A DNA stretch of 64,000 bases from Terriglobia bacterium (GTDB taxonomy: Bacteria > Acidobacteriota > Terriglobia > JAJPHL01 > JAPKYU01): assembly GCA_965223005.1 (NCBI GenBank), contig CBDCVK010000009.1:32001-96000 (forward strand). The letters are read 5' to 3'. The position numbers and the translations under genes are program-made. Positions within the stretch are counted from its first letter, which is position 1. The number at the start of each line of letters is the position of its first letter. Of the stretch, positions 52,050 through 63,215 are shown in pieces. Under the pieces are notes generated by a model that was given only the letters and a program-made list of their open reading frames with translations, ran no database searches and was not told the DNA's origin.

Positions 52050-52139
52050 CGAGAACTTTCAAGGTAAGGTAAGCCGCCTGCCGCTGGCCGGTACGGGCCC
52101 GGATTTCGCGCCCCAAACGAGAGGAGCGGGGCGCGAGAC

Positions 52140-52961
52140 TCAGCGAGGCTCGGGGCAGAAACCCGGCTCGAAGCCGCGGGCACTCTGCCGTCGGGCGAGC
52201 GGGTCCGGGTAGGGCGCGGACGAGGGTGGCAACAGGCCCAGGCGCACCAGTTGTGTCCGATACTCGTAGCGGATGTTGACAGTGGCGGCTGGCTTCCCTT
52301 CCAGTTCCATGCGCACCCGGTAGACCCGGTGGCCGTAGCGGCGGCCTATCCCCGTGGCGGCGTAATCCTCCTCACGGACGTTGCCTGACGGGCTCTCGGC
52401 CTTGCTCGATCGCTCGGCTGAGTCGCGCGATGCACCAGCTTCTGGAGCCGGGCTGGGCCCATCCCTCCGGCCTTGTTCCTTAGGCACCACCGGGCGCGGC
52501 GCCTTCGGACGGCGCTTCTCGCGGAAGTACACGGCGCTGATGATTCCCAGGTTCTGCCTCTTTCCCAGCCAGGCTCCATACGACTGCTCTTCGCTGGTGA
52601 AGAAGAACCGGCGGGCGTTTTTCATTCCCGTCTGCCAGCCGCTGATGGTAATCGTCTCGTACGGGCCCAACACCCACTTCTGGGCCGAGCGTGGGTCGGT
52701 GTGCCGCGCGTCAATCGTGTTCAATCCGTCCACCGAAAGCGCCACGGCCACCCGCACGCCCAGCGGGTTCCGCAGGCGGATCGAATACTTCTTGTCCTTG
52801 ATGGCTTCCACGTAGCGCAGGCCGTGGCCGAAGTAGACGGGCACATGACGGCCATCCACCAGCACGTCCACCTGGAAACCAGCAGGGTAGGAAGTACGCG
52901 CGCAGGCGGGCACTGTGGCCAGCGCGAGAAAAACAGCCAGTCCGAAGAGCTTGCGGTTCAT
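52140..52961 (-). CDS. Conserved secreted hypothetical protein
   Basis: Signal peptide; YSIRLRN...VALSVDGLNTID...ISGWQ...RRFFFT...NLGIISAVYFRE; strong RBS. Confidence 0.75.
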   Translation of the reverse strand: MNRKLFGLAVFLALATVPACARTSYPAGFQVDVLVDGRHVPVYFGHGLRYVEAIKDKKYSIRLRNPLGVRVAVALSVDGLNTIDARHTDPRSAQKWVLGPYETITISGWQTGMKNARRFFFTSEEQSYGAWLGKRQNLGIISAVYFREKRRPKAPRPVVPKEQGRRDGPSPAPEAGASRDSAERSSKAESPSGNVREEDYAATGIGRRYGHRVYRVRMELEGKPAATVNIRYEYRTQLVRLGLLPPSSAPYPDPLARRQSARGFEPGFCPEPR

Positions 52962-53175
52962 TGTCCTCTCCTCCTCGTCTAGAAGAACGGAGGAGGGACA
53001 GAAAACTTGCAGGGGGAGTGGGACACAAATTCTTGCCAGCTGGAGGACCTGTCCCACAAATCCAACTATTTGCTGGCGCATGCCCTGGACTCTCAGCCTG
53101 CGCAGGGCTTTCAGTATCCCACTTAATCCGAGGCGAACGTCTTGTACTCAGAGATTTGGACCAATACGAAGCAGG

Positions 53176-53395
53176 CTATTGCACGGCAATGGTGACGGTG
53201 TTGCTCGGGACGCCGTTCTGAAGCAGGACTAGGGGAACCTCGGAGCCCGACGCCACATCGGCCGGTATTTCCACGTTCACCTGGTAGAGTCCTACAAAAC
53301 CTGGGGCTAGACCGGCAAAGTGCACCGTCGCTGGCTGGCCTCCCAACTGCGCCTCCACCGCCACCACCACCCTCGCCAGCGGCTCAGCTCCAGCA
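53176..53395 (-). pseudogene. Orphan C-terminal fragment of a Solibacter-type (TIGR03437-like) domain protein
   Basis: GGQPATVHFAGLAPGFVGLYQVNVEIP...SNTVTIAVQ, homologous to the end of the ORF at 63216; no upstream domain. Confidence 0.7.
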
Positions 53396-53478
53396 GAATA
53401 TTGGATCCCCGTCCGCCAGATCCACGGTTGCGAGAATTCCTGGTTCGTGCCCACTCGGATATGCAGGCCGGTGCGAGG

Positions 53479-55083
53479 CTAGTGCTCGATTGCTTTCTCG
53501 GCACCGAGGCCCGTGTTCGCGCGGACGCTGAGCTCGATGTATTTCTCCTCAGCCGACGGCTCTTTCGAGAGAACCGATCCCATATACGCCGCCAAGAAGC
53601 CCAGCGGAATGCTCACGATGCCGGGATTCTTCAGCGGGTACAACGTCGGCGCCTGAATCATCCGGCGCGCGGCTTCGGCGACCTCCGGCCCGTCGACCCC
53701 CATGAAGCTCGGGCTCACCAGGATCAGCCCGATCGAGGAGAACAACCCGGCCGCCAAACCCCATACCGCCCCGCGGGTTGTGAACTTGCTCCAATAAACC
53801 GAGAACAGGATGACCGGCAAGTTCGCCGACGCCGCCACCGCGAACGCCAGTCCCACCAGAAACGCCACGTTCGCCCCCGGGCCCAACCCGATGGCAATTG
53901 CGATGGACACCGCGCCGACGACGAGCGCCGTCCAGCGCGCCACACGCACCTCTTCGCCCGGCGAGCGCTCTTTGCCGTGATGGATCACGTTCGTGTAGAA
54001 GTCGTGGGCGAACGAAGTCGAGGCGCTGATGGTCAACCCGGCCACTACGGCCAGAATCGTCGCGAACGCCACGGCCGAGATGAAAGCGAAGAAGACGTCG
54101 CCGGCCAGCGCCTGCGCCAGCAACGGGGCACTCATGTTGATGCCGCCGTTTTCCGAGATCGCATTGCGTCCGACGATCGTCGCCGCGCCGAAGCCCAGGA
54201 ACGTCGTCATGATGTAGAAGGCGCCGATCAGCAGCATCGCCCAGAAAACGCTCACTCGGGCGGTCTTGGCGTCCGGTACGGTGTAAAAGCGAATGAGGAT
54301 ATGAGGCAGCCCGGCAGTGCCGAAGATCAGCGCCATTCCCAGCGAAATCAGATCGAGCGCACCGTAGGGCGGCTTGTAGTAGAGCCCAGGTGTCAGGAAG
54401 TTTTCTGTGACGGTTTGTCCGCCGGCCTGGTAGGTGACGCGGCTGGTGGCCTCGAAGAACGCGCCGAGGTCGAAGCCGAAGTGGCCGAGCACGAGAACAC
54501 TCATCAGGAAAGTACCGCTCATCAGCAGGACAGCTTTGACAATTTGCACCCAGGTCGTCGCCAGCATCCCGCCGAAGACGACGTAGACGATCATGAGGAT
54601 GCCGACGCCGGTCACAGCGCCCGTAAAGCTGATCCCGGAATCGGCTAGCAGAAGGCTCACCAGCGCACCCGCGCCCACCATCTGGGCGATCATGTAGAAC
54701 GTGGAAACGGTCAGCGTGCTCAGCGATGCCCAGGCCCTTACCGGACGCGCTCGGAGCCGGTAGGCAAGTACGTCGGCCATGGTGTATTTCCCGGCGTTCC
54801 GTAGCGGCTCGGCGACGACGAACAGCACGGTCAGGTAGGCGACCAAAAAGCCGACCGAATACATGAAGCCGTCGTAGCCGTAGAAGGCGATCAGCCCGGC
54901 AATCCCCAAAAACGATGCCGCGCTCATGTAGTCGCCCGAGATGGCGAGCCCGTTCTGCCAGCCTGTGATGCGCCTGCCGGCGGCGAAGTAGGCGCTCTCG
55001 CCCGAGGATCTGCCCGCGGCCCAATAGGTGATTCCGAGGGTGGCGGCGATGAACGTCAGAAACATCAGCAGCGATAGTGACAT
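53479..55083 (-). CDS. actP: Cation/acetate symporter (SSS family)
   Basis: NGLAISGDYMSAASFLG, GGMLATTWVQIVKA, GTAGLPHILIRFYTVP and FISAVAFATILAVVAGL. Confidence 0.92.
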   Translation of the reverse strand: MSLSLLMFLTFIAATLGITYWAAGRSSGESAYFAAGRRITGWQNGLAISGDYMSAASFLGIAGLIAFYGYDGFMYSVGFLVAYLTVLFVVAEPLRNAGKYTMADVLAYRLRARPVRAWASLSTLTVSTFYMIAQMVGAGALVSLLLADSGISFTGAVTGVGILMIVYVVFGGMLATTWVQIVKAVLLMSGTFLMSVLVLGHFGFDLGAFFEATSRVTYQAGGQTVTENFLTPGLYYKPPYGALDLISLGMALIFGTAGLPHILIRFYTVPDAKTARVSVFWAMLLIGAFYIMTTFLGFGAATIVGRNAISENGGINMSAPLLAQALAGDVFFAFISAVAFATILAVVAGLTISASTSFAHDFYTNVIHHGKERSPGEEVRVARWTALVVGAVSIAIAIGLGPGANVAFLVGLAFAVAASANLPVILFSVYWSKFTTRGAVWGLAAGLFSSIGLILVSPSFMGVDGPEVAEAARRMIQAPTLYPLKNPGIVSIPLGFLAAYMGSVLSKEPSAEEKYIELSVRANTGLGAEKAIEH

Positions 55084-55084
55084 T

Positions 55085-55414
55085 TCATTCATCCCCTTCG
55101 CCGTCGGCGGCCTCGTTGGCGATGGCCTTGTCAGCCAGGATCTTCTCGGACATTCGGTCAAACCGCCTGGCGATGCGCATGTAGAGATACGCCAGCGCCC
55201 AGGCCATCAAGAACTGCGAAAACGCAAACAGGTAGGCCCAGTTGACGACGCCCCACACCTGGCGCTCCATCAGCTCCGGCCAGTAGCCGACCAGCACCGG
55301 CAGCGCGAAGTAGAAAATGACGAAGAACGCCGTCGCGGATACGATGAAACGCGTTTTCTGGGCGATCATCCGCCTATAGTCAGGCGAGTTGTGGATACGG
55401 TCCCATTGGTTCAT
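55085..55414 (-). CDS. DUF485 (YjcH-like) membrane protein
   Basis: Two TM helices, YMRIARRFD; canonical position upstream of actP. Confidence 0.85.
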   Translation of the reverse strand: MNQWDRIHNSPDYRRMIAQKTRFIVSATAFFVIFYFALPVLVGYWPELMERQVWGVVNWAYLFAFSQFLMAWALAYLYMRIARRFDRMSEKILADKAIANEAADGEGDE

Positions 55415-56179
55415 GGCGAAGCGCTAAGGATAACTTTCTTCCATTTCGACCGCGAGGAAACTGGAGAGAAGGCCCTCCGCGGAAAGATAGAAGCGCTGCT
55501 ACAGAGGACTAATCTGCAGCAGCTACAGCAGGGATATAGGATACTGAAGGCGCTTCTCGGCCCTAAACCAGTTCACTTATCTTGATCGCGGATGATATAC
55601 CATCCAGTCGGTGCCTGTTGCCGCTTTTGTTGGCAGCCCTTGCGTTAGTCGGAATCCTCCACAAAGTCGCCTGGGCGACCTCCTCGTTTGGACCGACGAC
55701 CAAAATAGCGTGGCTTGCAGATGAAAGCGCATAAGAATAATTCAAGGGTATCCTAGCTGAGTTTGCAAGATGAAGGAGTCGTTCACGAATCAGCGCCTGA
55801 CACGGCCGCGAGAAACCCTCAGCTACCTGCTAGTGCCCCAGCAATCGCAAGGGTGCCCCAGGAGCTTGCATCCGTTGCGGCAACGATAGCCCCGTCATCG
55901 AACTCGATCTCCACGCTCAGCTGCACCTCGATAGCTCCGTCGTCCGCGGCACCCTTTCGAAGTCAATTTCAGATCCTATGGGCGGAAACATACTCCCTTG
56001 CCGTCGATCTTATCCTTCAGATCGATGTGCGCCATTTCCGGACAGAACCGGCAGGTCTTCGTAGGGCAAGGTATCGCCGAAATAGATGCAGTTGGCGGTA
56101 TCGTAGTTATCTTAACGTTTGGGTCATTGACCGCAGCGAACCGTGGCCAAAGGAGTTTGCCGTTGCAGTGTGCTTGCCA

Positions 56180-57633
56180 ACTTCCAGGATCGTGACACCG
56201 TTTTTTCGGGCATGTCCGCCACCTCCGGTTGGCCAGAAACGGGGGGTCCTCTTCCAGGCCGGCTCCGCCGGTGTACTCAACAACCCCGGGAGCTTTGGAC
56301 GCAAGGCTGATGAGTTTCTTGGTCGCCGACGGTCATCATCATGTTGCAGAGAATCCCTTTCAACCGGGTATCGAAGCTTGGCTGGAGGGGGCCGTCGCAT
56401 GTCGAGGCACGTCTTTGACCCTCTCTCCGAGGTGTTGGCTGCGAGGCGGGCGAGAATCCAGTAATTCAGGCAGTTGCCTGTCCCGGAGGCAGCACTTCAC
56501 GGTGGACTTGCGGACGCTGTCTGGAGGTCTAATCTCGTGGGCGAGCTTCCCCCAGAAGATGCTTTCAGAGTGAATCGGACGCCCGCCCGGAGGGGCCATT
56601 TTGGCTGCCGGAGTCGATGCGGAACAGTTCGCCTGCCCAATCCCACGGTCCGGGACTTCCACCAAACCCTCTCTCCTGGGTCGAGAAGCTGGAGCCAACG
56701 AATCGTTCGCACCAGCTCTGACGCTCAGACCCGGAGCGCTCGGCTGCCGCCCGGAAGCTGGCAAAGGCGAAGGAGGCCAAGCTGAGCTACGCCGGGCACG
56801 TGCTGATGGAGTTCGACCGCAACGGGCTGGTGGTGAACCGCCTGTGCCGGCTGATCCAGGCCACCGGCACCGCCGAGCGGGAAGCGGCCGTGGAGATTGG
56901 TGGAACCCCACGCGACAGTTCCGGGCCCGCCGTCAGCAGCGTCCAACGGCTGCCTGGTGCCGACCAGAACTACGACTGGCGCGAAGCGATGGTGCAGCTG
57001 TCGTTGCCGGGATGCGGAAGGCCACGCCGCACGTGGCGCAGAACCAGGAACGGCGGCGCAGTGCTACTTCTTGACAGCCGGACTCACACGAAGTTCTTCC
57101 CAATCCCGGGTTACCAGATCAGCCAGAGTCACCCTCGCGCTGGCAAGAACGGGTGGAAGACTCGAGTTGTCGCTCTGATGGATGAAGACCGGTCGGGTGT
57201 GCTGTCCGGAACCCGGCTGCGGCATCCGGGGCCTGTTGATCGCTGCGCAAGGTCGTCTTGCGTCAGGATCTGTCTCACCTGTAACGGCTGCTGCGCCCGT
57301 TCAATCCTGAACCGATCCGGAATTCGCAACTTGGTGAGCCGCTCGGGGCCGTATCCTGCCGCGGGTAGATGGTGCCGGCTGAAGTCAGTTGAGGGGCCGT
57401 TCTTCCCCTGAGGAGTCGAGTGTGTCCAAAGGACGAACCCCAAACGGGCTGGGAGTTTTTCAGAGGCGGAAGCTGATTCGCGACAAGGCCCGCAAACCGG
57501 GGCCAATAGCCGAGGTGTCACTACGAAGGCAATGTTGATGCTGGAACCGGCTCAACGTTGGAGAAAAGGTTGCCGGCCGACAGGATAAACGCTTGACTGA
57601 CCTTTTTTGGCCGCTTTTTCAGCACCCTGCTAG
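56180..57633 (+). mobile_element. Heavily degraded IS5-family transposase and right end
   Basis: Scattered motifs across frames: HFTVD, WASF, KEAKLSYAGHVLME..RNGLVV, QATGTAEREAA, GADQNYD; ends TTTTTCAGCACCCTG+CTAG; left boundary uncertain. Confidence 0.7.
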
Positions 57634-57774
57634 ACCGCATAGGACCTGGGTCCTCCGTCTTTGGTCCCGATAACTGCCTTTCACCATCCAGGCAGAAGAT
57701 AGGTAAACGCTAACCCGTTTGTAGCGACTATCGGCCTTGTTCGCGAGGTCTACTTCCCCGAAGGGAATCCAGGC

Positions 57775-57806
57775 ACTTGTCCGGTTAGCGCGTTATACGT
57801 CAAAGT
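57775..57806 (+). repeat. 32-bp palindromic site, copy C (type 1)
   Basis: ACTTGTCCGGTTA GCGCGT TATACGTCAAAGT. Confidence 0.9.
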
Positions 57807-58257
57807 GGCCTGCGTGCAGCATAGGTAAAAGCTAACCGCGGCTGAACTAGATTAGCAAACGTAGTGGTGTTGACCTCATTATCAATCACGCCTCCGGCCA
57901 CGATAAAAACCGCCCCCCGGCGGTAGAATTCAGCAAGTGGAGGTTGAAAGACAACACTGAACATCTTGATTCACATGTGTCATGGGGACTGTAGGGGATG
58001 AACTCAAATCGGAAATTCCGCCTCAAGGCTACCGGAAGCCCGTTGAGCCCCATTATCACGCAGTTCACCTATATGCAGTATCTTTACGGTGACCGAAGAG
58101 TCATACTTGATATGTTCTTATGATGGCGGTGGGTTCGACCAATTAAGATCGGCTCTATTTCTTTTGTAAAAACCTCCCTTAAGAATTGCGGTTTCAAGGG
58201 ATTTCCCTGTGGAGAAACTTTGCATTGACTAACGTGTTTAGCGCCTCAGGAGGCAAT

Positions 58258-58479
58258 GTGGCAATGATGGCCGCTGGGATTGCGTCTGCGGTCGACGATG
58301 TCCGCGGTTACGGGCCAGAAGTCGTCGAACGGCTTAGGGGGGCTTTGGAACAAAACTGCCCGGCCCGGCCAGATCCCCGCCATCCCTACCTGTTCGTCCT
58401 GGAGTGGGCGGGCGAGAGTTTCTATATCGCTCATCCTCCCACCGGGAAGATCCTGCTGCTGGCGCGCTGGCCGAGCTGA
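58258..58479 (+). CDS. Small hypothetical protein
   Basis: AGGAGG RBS before GTG; GC-rich coding pattern; PDPRHPYLF...GKILLLARW. Confidence 0.6.
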   Translation: MAMMAAGIASAVDDVRGYGPEVVERLRGALEQNCPARPDPRHPYLFVLEWAGESFYIAHPPTGKILLLARWPS

Positions 58480-58665
58480 GGCGGACGGGTAGCGTTCAGG
58501 CAGCCTGTCAGCTATCACCCTGCCGAGACACAAACAGCCTGCTGGTTAATTCCAGGTTCAAATCTTCTGGGGTTTTTGGATGAGGATGATTGGGCCGCCC
58601 TGGGACCAAGGAGGAAGCCGTCGGACGTCAGAATCACTTGGGCGAAGCGGCCGAAGCCGAGCCAA

Positions 58666-58875
58666 ATGCCATCCCGCGTCTTCAAGTGCGAAAGCTGTGG
58701 CATCTGCACGTCTCTCCTCATTCATGATGACCAATCGCCAGAAGGTATGAAGGAAAACCCTGTCGAGAAATACTGCCCTACGTGCCGGAGGTTGAGGAAC
58801 TGGAGCTTTGTCTTCCCGGAACGGCGTAGCGGGCCACGTCGAAGGAGCGACCTGGATCGGCGCCGGGCAGAGTAG
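58666..58875 (+). CDS. Small zinc-ribbon protein with Arg-rich tail
   Basis: CESC...CPTC and C-terminal [16 protein letters not shown]; start uncertain. Confidence 0.55.
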   Translation: MPSRVFKCESCGICTSLLIHDDQSPEGMKENPVEKYCPTCRRLRNWSFVFPERRSGPRRRSDLDRRRAE

Positions 58876-58937
58876 ACAACAGTCTGCCAGTCGGCCCACC
58901 TCTGGCCGGCGGCGTTCTGGAGAGGAGTTGGCAGGTT

Positions 58938-60641
<1,704 letters not shown>

Positions 60642-60765
60642 CCCTGTCCAGTCTGGTAGTCTCCTTCACCCGCTCTTGCTTGTGCCAGGCGCGCCCCTGA
60701 GCCGGTCAACGCGCATCGGCTCCCGTCCCTAGCCAAGCCGTGGAAGCGGGCCTCGACCAAGTTCC

Positions 60766-60797
60766 ACATGGACGTATAGTCGGCTATCCGGACAAGT
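60766..60797 (-). repeat. 32-bp palindromic site, copy D (type 2, inverted)
   Basis: Minus strand reads ACTTGTCCGGATA GCCGAC TATACGTCCATGT. Confidence 0.9.
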
Positions 60798-60827
60798 GAC
60801 CCTCTACGCCCGCCAGGGTAGTGGGTC

Positions 60828-60895
60828 AGTTTCCGATAAGGCGTTATACATCCAAAGTGGCACACCGCTGAGCGGGCGGAGGTAACATCATTTCC
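60828..60895 (+). repeat. Degenerate site copy E with conserved 3' flank
   Basis: AGTTTCCGATAAGGCGTTATACATCCAAAGT followed by GGCACACCGCTGAGCGGG...ATCATTTCCG, as after copy A. Confidence 0.7.
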
Positions 60896-61013
60896 GAGTG
60901 CGCCGTGACACGATCGGAATCATCGAAACTGGCGATGCGGCCGGTATGCCTGTTCAGGCTATCACAATGGCGGTGAGGCAACTCGTCCGGTGCAGCGTAT
61001 TGTTATACGGCCG

Positions 61014-61505
61014 TCACAAACCTAGCTCGGCGCGGGAGGCGGTTAGTTTACCGGCAGTACTTACCCCGTGAATGCCTATTAACCAAACGGCGAAGCTGAC
61101 AATTTCTATGCGAGCCGTCTCCGGAGACGTCACACTTAGGCCGGAGCTCCACCATCCAATCGTCTTCGCAATTTGACCGACTACACAATCGTCTTCCCAT
61201 ATGTCGTGATGTAAGATCAGGCCCTTTCGACGAGGTTTGAGCAGCCAAGAACGAGTATCGAAACTCACCGTCAACGTTAATCGAGGACCGGTGCCTTGTC
61301 TTTGAGAACTAGCGATGGAGATTCCGCTCTCCTCCAAAATCCATTTCCCCCGACCATTAGCACGAACAAAATAGCGCTTTTTCTCGATCAAGAGGCTGGC
61401 GTGTCTCCAATCGTCGAACTGCATGAAGCAAACAACTGAGTCCTTGTCCAATAGCTCATAATCTTTCGAGAATAATCCACCTTTTCTTCTAAGCAATAAG
61501 CTCAT
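61014..61505 (-). CDS. Low-GC hypothetical protein (possible tubby/LURP-one-like beta barrel)
   Basis: 163-aa ORF of beta-strand-like segments with a hydrophobic C-terminal helix; AT-richer than the host. Confidence 0.55.
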   Translation of the reverse strand: MSLLLRRKGGLFSKDYELLDKDSVVCFMQFDDWRHASLLIEKKRYFVRANGRGKWILEESGISIASSQRQGTGPRLTLTVSFDTRSWLLKPRRKGLILHHDIWEDDCVVGQIAKTIGWWSSGLSVTSPETARIEIVSFAVWLIGIHGVSTAGKLTASRAELGL

Positions 61506-62022
61506 TGTGCAGGCAACAATCTCGACGGCGGGGCCCTTCACTTATTAATAAGGCTTCCTGAGTGTCACTGCTACCCAGCCAATGCTCTGAAGCCAGGGTT
61601 AGGACAAAAACATCGCTCCAAGTAGAATGGCTCCAAACCCTCTTCCGTTGCCACCTGTGCCCCTCAGGGGAACTGAGAACGCGGATGGTAAGTAGAGAAA
61701 TCAATCCCCCCTGCCGACAACCTACGCTCCCCCCAGGAGCTAGTCAAGAACGGACCAGCGTGGCCTTTATTAGGGGTCGGGGAGGGGTGATCCTGGCGGG
61801 CACCACTTTGGGACTCCCGCTTTCTCTAGGGTTGGCTATAGTGCCGATTCTCAGTCTAGGAACTACCAGTGCAGTCCAGCTGTGTCAGGGGTGTAGTGGG
61901 CCTTTCTGCGCTGTGGGGCATTCCTAGGAAACTAGCAGAGAAACCCGGATTGGAAATTGGGAACCTTAGGGGGAGCTGAACCGTGACCGCAGCCTCCGCC
62001 TTCGCTGCGGTAAGATTACCTC

Positions 62023-62703
62023 ATGGAAAGTTTTCCGTCCCGCCGTGTCCTAGAGACTCTCCTGTCGCGAGAACCGCGAGAGTACAGCCTGGAAGTCGGG
62101 GCATTCTCCGTCTTGACGATTCTGGGGATTTCCCTGCTAGCCTGGCAGAACGGAGCGGCTCTCCTGCCGACTCTTGCCGCCACTTCGGAAGGGGCTCTAG
62201 AGGAACATGAATACTGGAGACTGCTGACGGCCATAGCCGTGCACACGGACATGGCGCACTTTTTCTCCAACGCCATCTTCCTCGCCTTCTTCAGCTATCT
62301 GCTCTTTGGATACTTCGGCTTCTGGGTCTTCCCGGTTCTGGGTCTGGCTCTGGCCGGGTTGACTAACTACCTTTCCCTGCTGACCTATCCTCCCGAGGTC
62401 AGCTTGGTGGGAGCGTCAGGATTGGTCTATTGGATGGTGGGTTTCTGGCTGAGCATGAACCTGCTCGTGGATCGCAGAGTGGGTCTCGGGAAGCGGGTCG
62501 TGCGGGCGGTAGGCATCATACTGGTGGTCCTGTGGCCGTCGACGCTTCAGGAAAACGTCAGCTACCGGACCCACGCCATCGGTTTCGGACTAGGTGCGGT
62601 CTCGGCATTCGTCTATTTCCGGCGGAATCGCGAGTCCATCCGGGCGGCGGAGGTCGTGGAAGTGGAAGACCCGTTCGACTATCCCGATACCACAGCCTCC
62701 TAG
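62023..62703 (+). CDS. Rhomboid-family intramembrane serine protease
   Basis: EYWRLLTAIAVH, HFFSN, VGASG catalytic Ser, SYRTHAIGF catalytic His. Confidence 0.88.
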   Translation: MESFPSRRVLETLLSREPREYSLEVGAFSVLTILGISLLAWQNGAALLPTLAATSEGALEEHEYWRLLTAIAVHTDMAHFFSNAIFLAFFSYLLFGYFGFWVFPVLGLALAGLTNYLSLLTYPPEVSLVGASGLVYWMVGFWLSMNLLVDRRVGLGKRVVRAVGIILVVLWPSTLQENVSYRTHAIGFGLGAVSAFVYFRRNRESIRAAEVVEVEDPFDYPDTTAS

Positions 62704-63026
62704 CAAGGGGCAGGTGGTGATCCTAGGCGACCCCGCTCCGGGACTCGCGCTTCTTCTCTACTTAAAGGTTTAATTCAAGCGGTACGAATACGTTAGGAGT
62801 GGTGGTTACAAGGCCAGCCGTAGTCGAATGGTTGGCGATGCAACCACCTCATATCGCCCCTGAACGCAAACCTGCCTGCGCCGCAAAGTCCAGACGCAGG
62901 TATAAGTTGCGGGGAGCCGCAATGAAATAACCCGCAGCCATGCGGGATCATGGGTAAACGCTAGCCCGTTTGTGGGGACCATCGGCCTCGTGCGCCAGGA
63001 CCTAACTTCCCCGAAGGAATCCAGGC

Positions 63027-63058
63027 ACTTGTCCGGTTAGCGCGTTATACGTCCAAGT
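63027..63058 (+). repeat. 32-bp palindromic site, copy F (type 1)
   Basis: ACTTGTCCGGTTA GCGCGT TATACGTCCAAGT. Confidence 0.9.
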
Positions 63059-63215
63059 GGCGCACTGCTGTGGGCGCACCGCCGAAAATGCGCCGCAGAT
63101 CTGTGGGAGTTCCCTCTTGAAAGGACTACTAAACGCTAACCGACTTGTGGAGACTAATCTGCCGAATGTGAGGCAACTCCTGCCGTATCAAAGAATTACA
63201 TCGCCGGCGACGGCC

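Noticed and set aside
53320-55024. Long alternative ORFs over actP (and similar ones at 11329-12861, 58722-60203, 31944-33167, 25593-26786)
   Set aside because: Shadow or antisense frames expected at high GC3; they overlap confidently identified genes and carry no motifs.
60828-60858. Canonical chromosomal dif site
   Set aside because: TTTCCGATAA resembles a XerC arm, but the ATAA-TTAT spacing is 4 rather than 6 and there is no TTATGTyAA XerD arm.
61560-62000. ORFs or structured RNA between the orphan gene and the rhomboid
   Set aside because: The ORFs lack an RBS or recognisable motifs, and the G/C-run complementarity is too weak to support a call.
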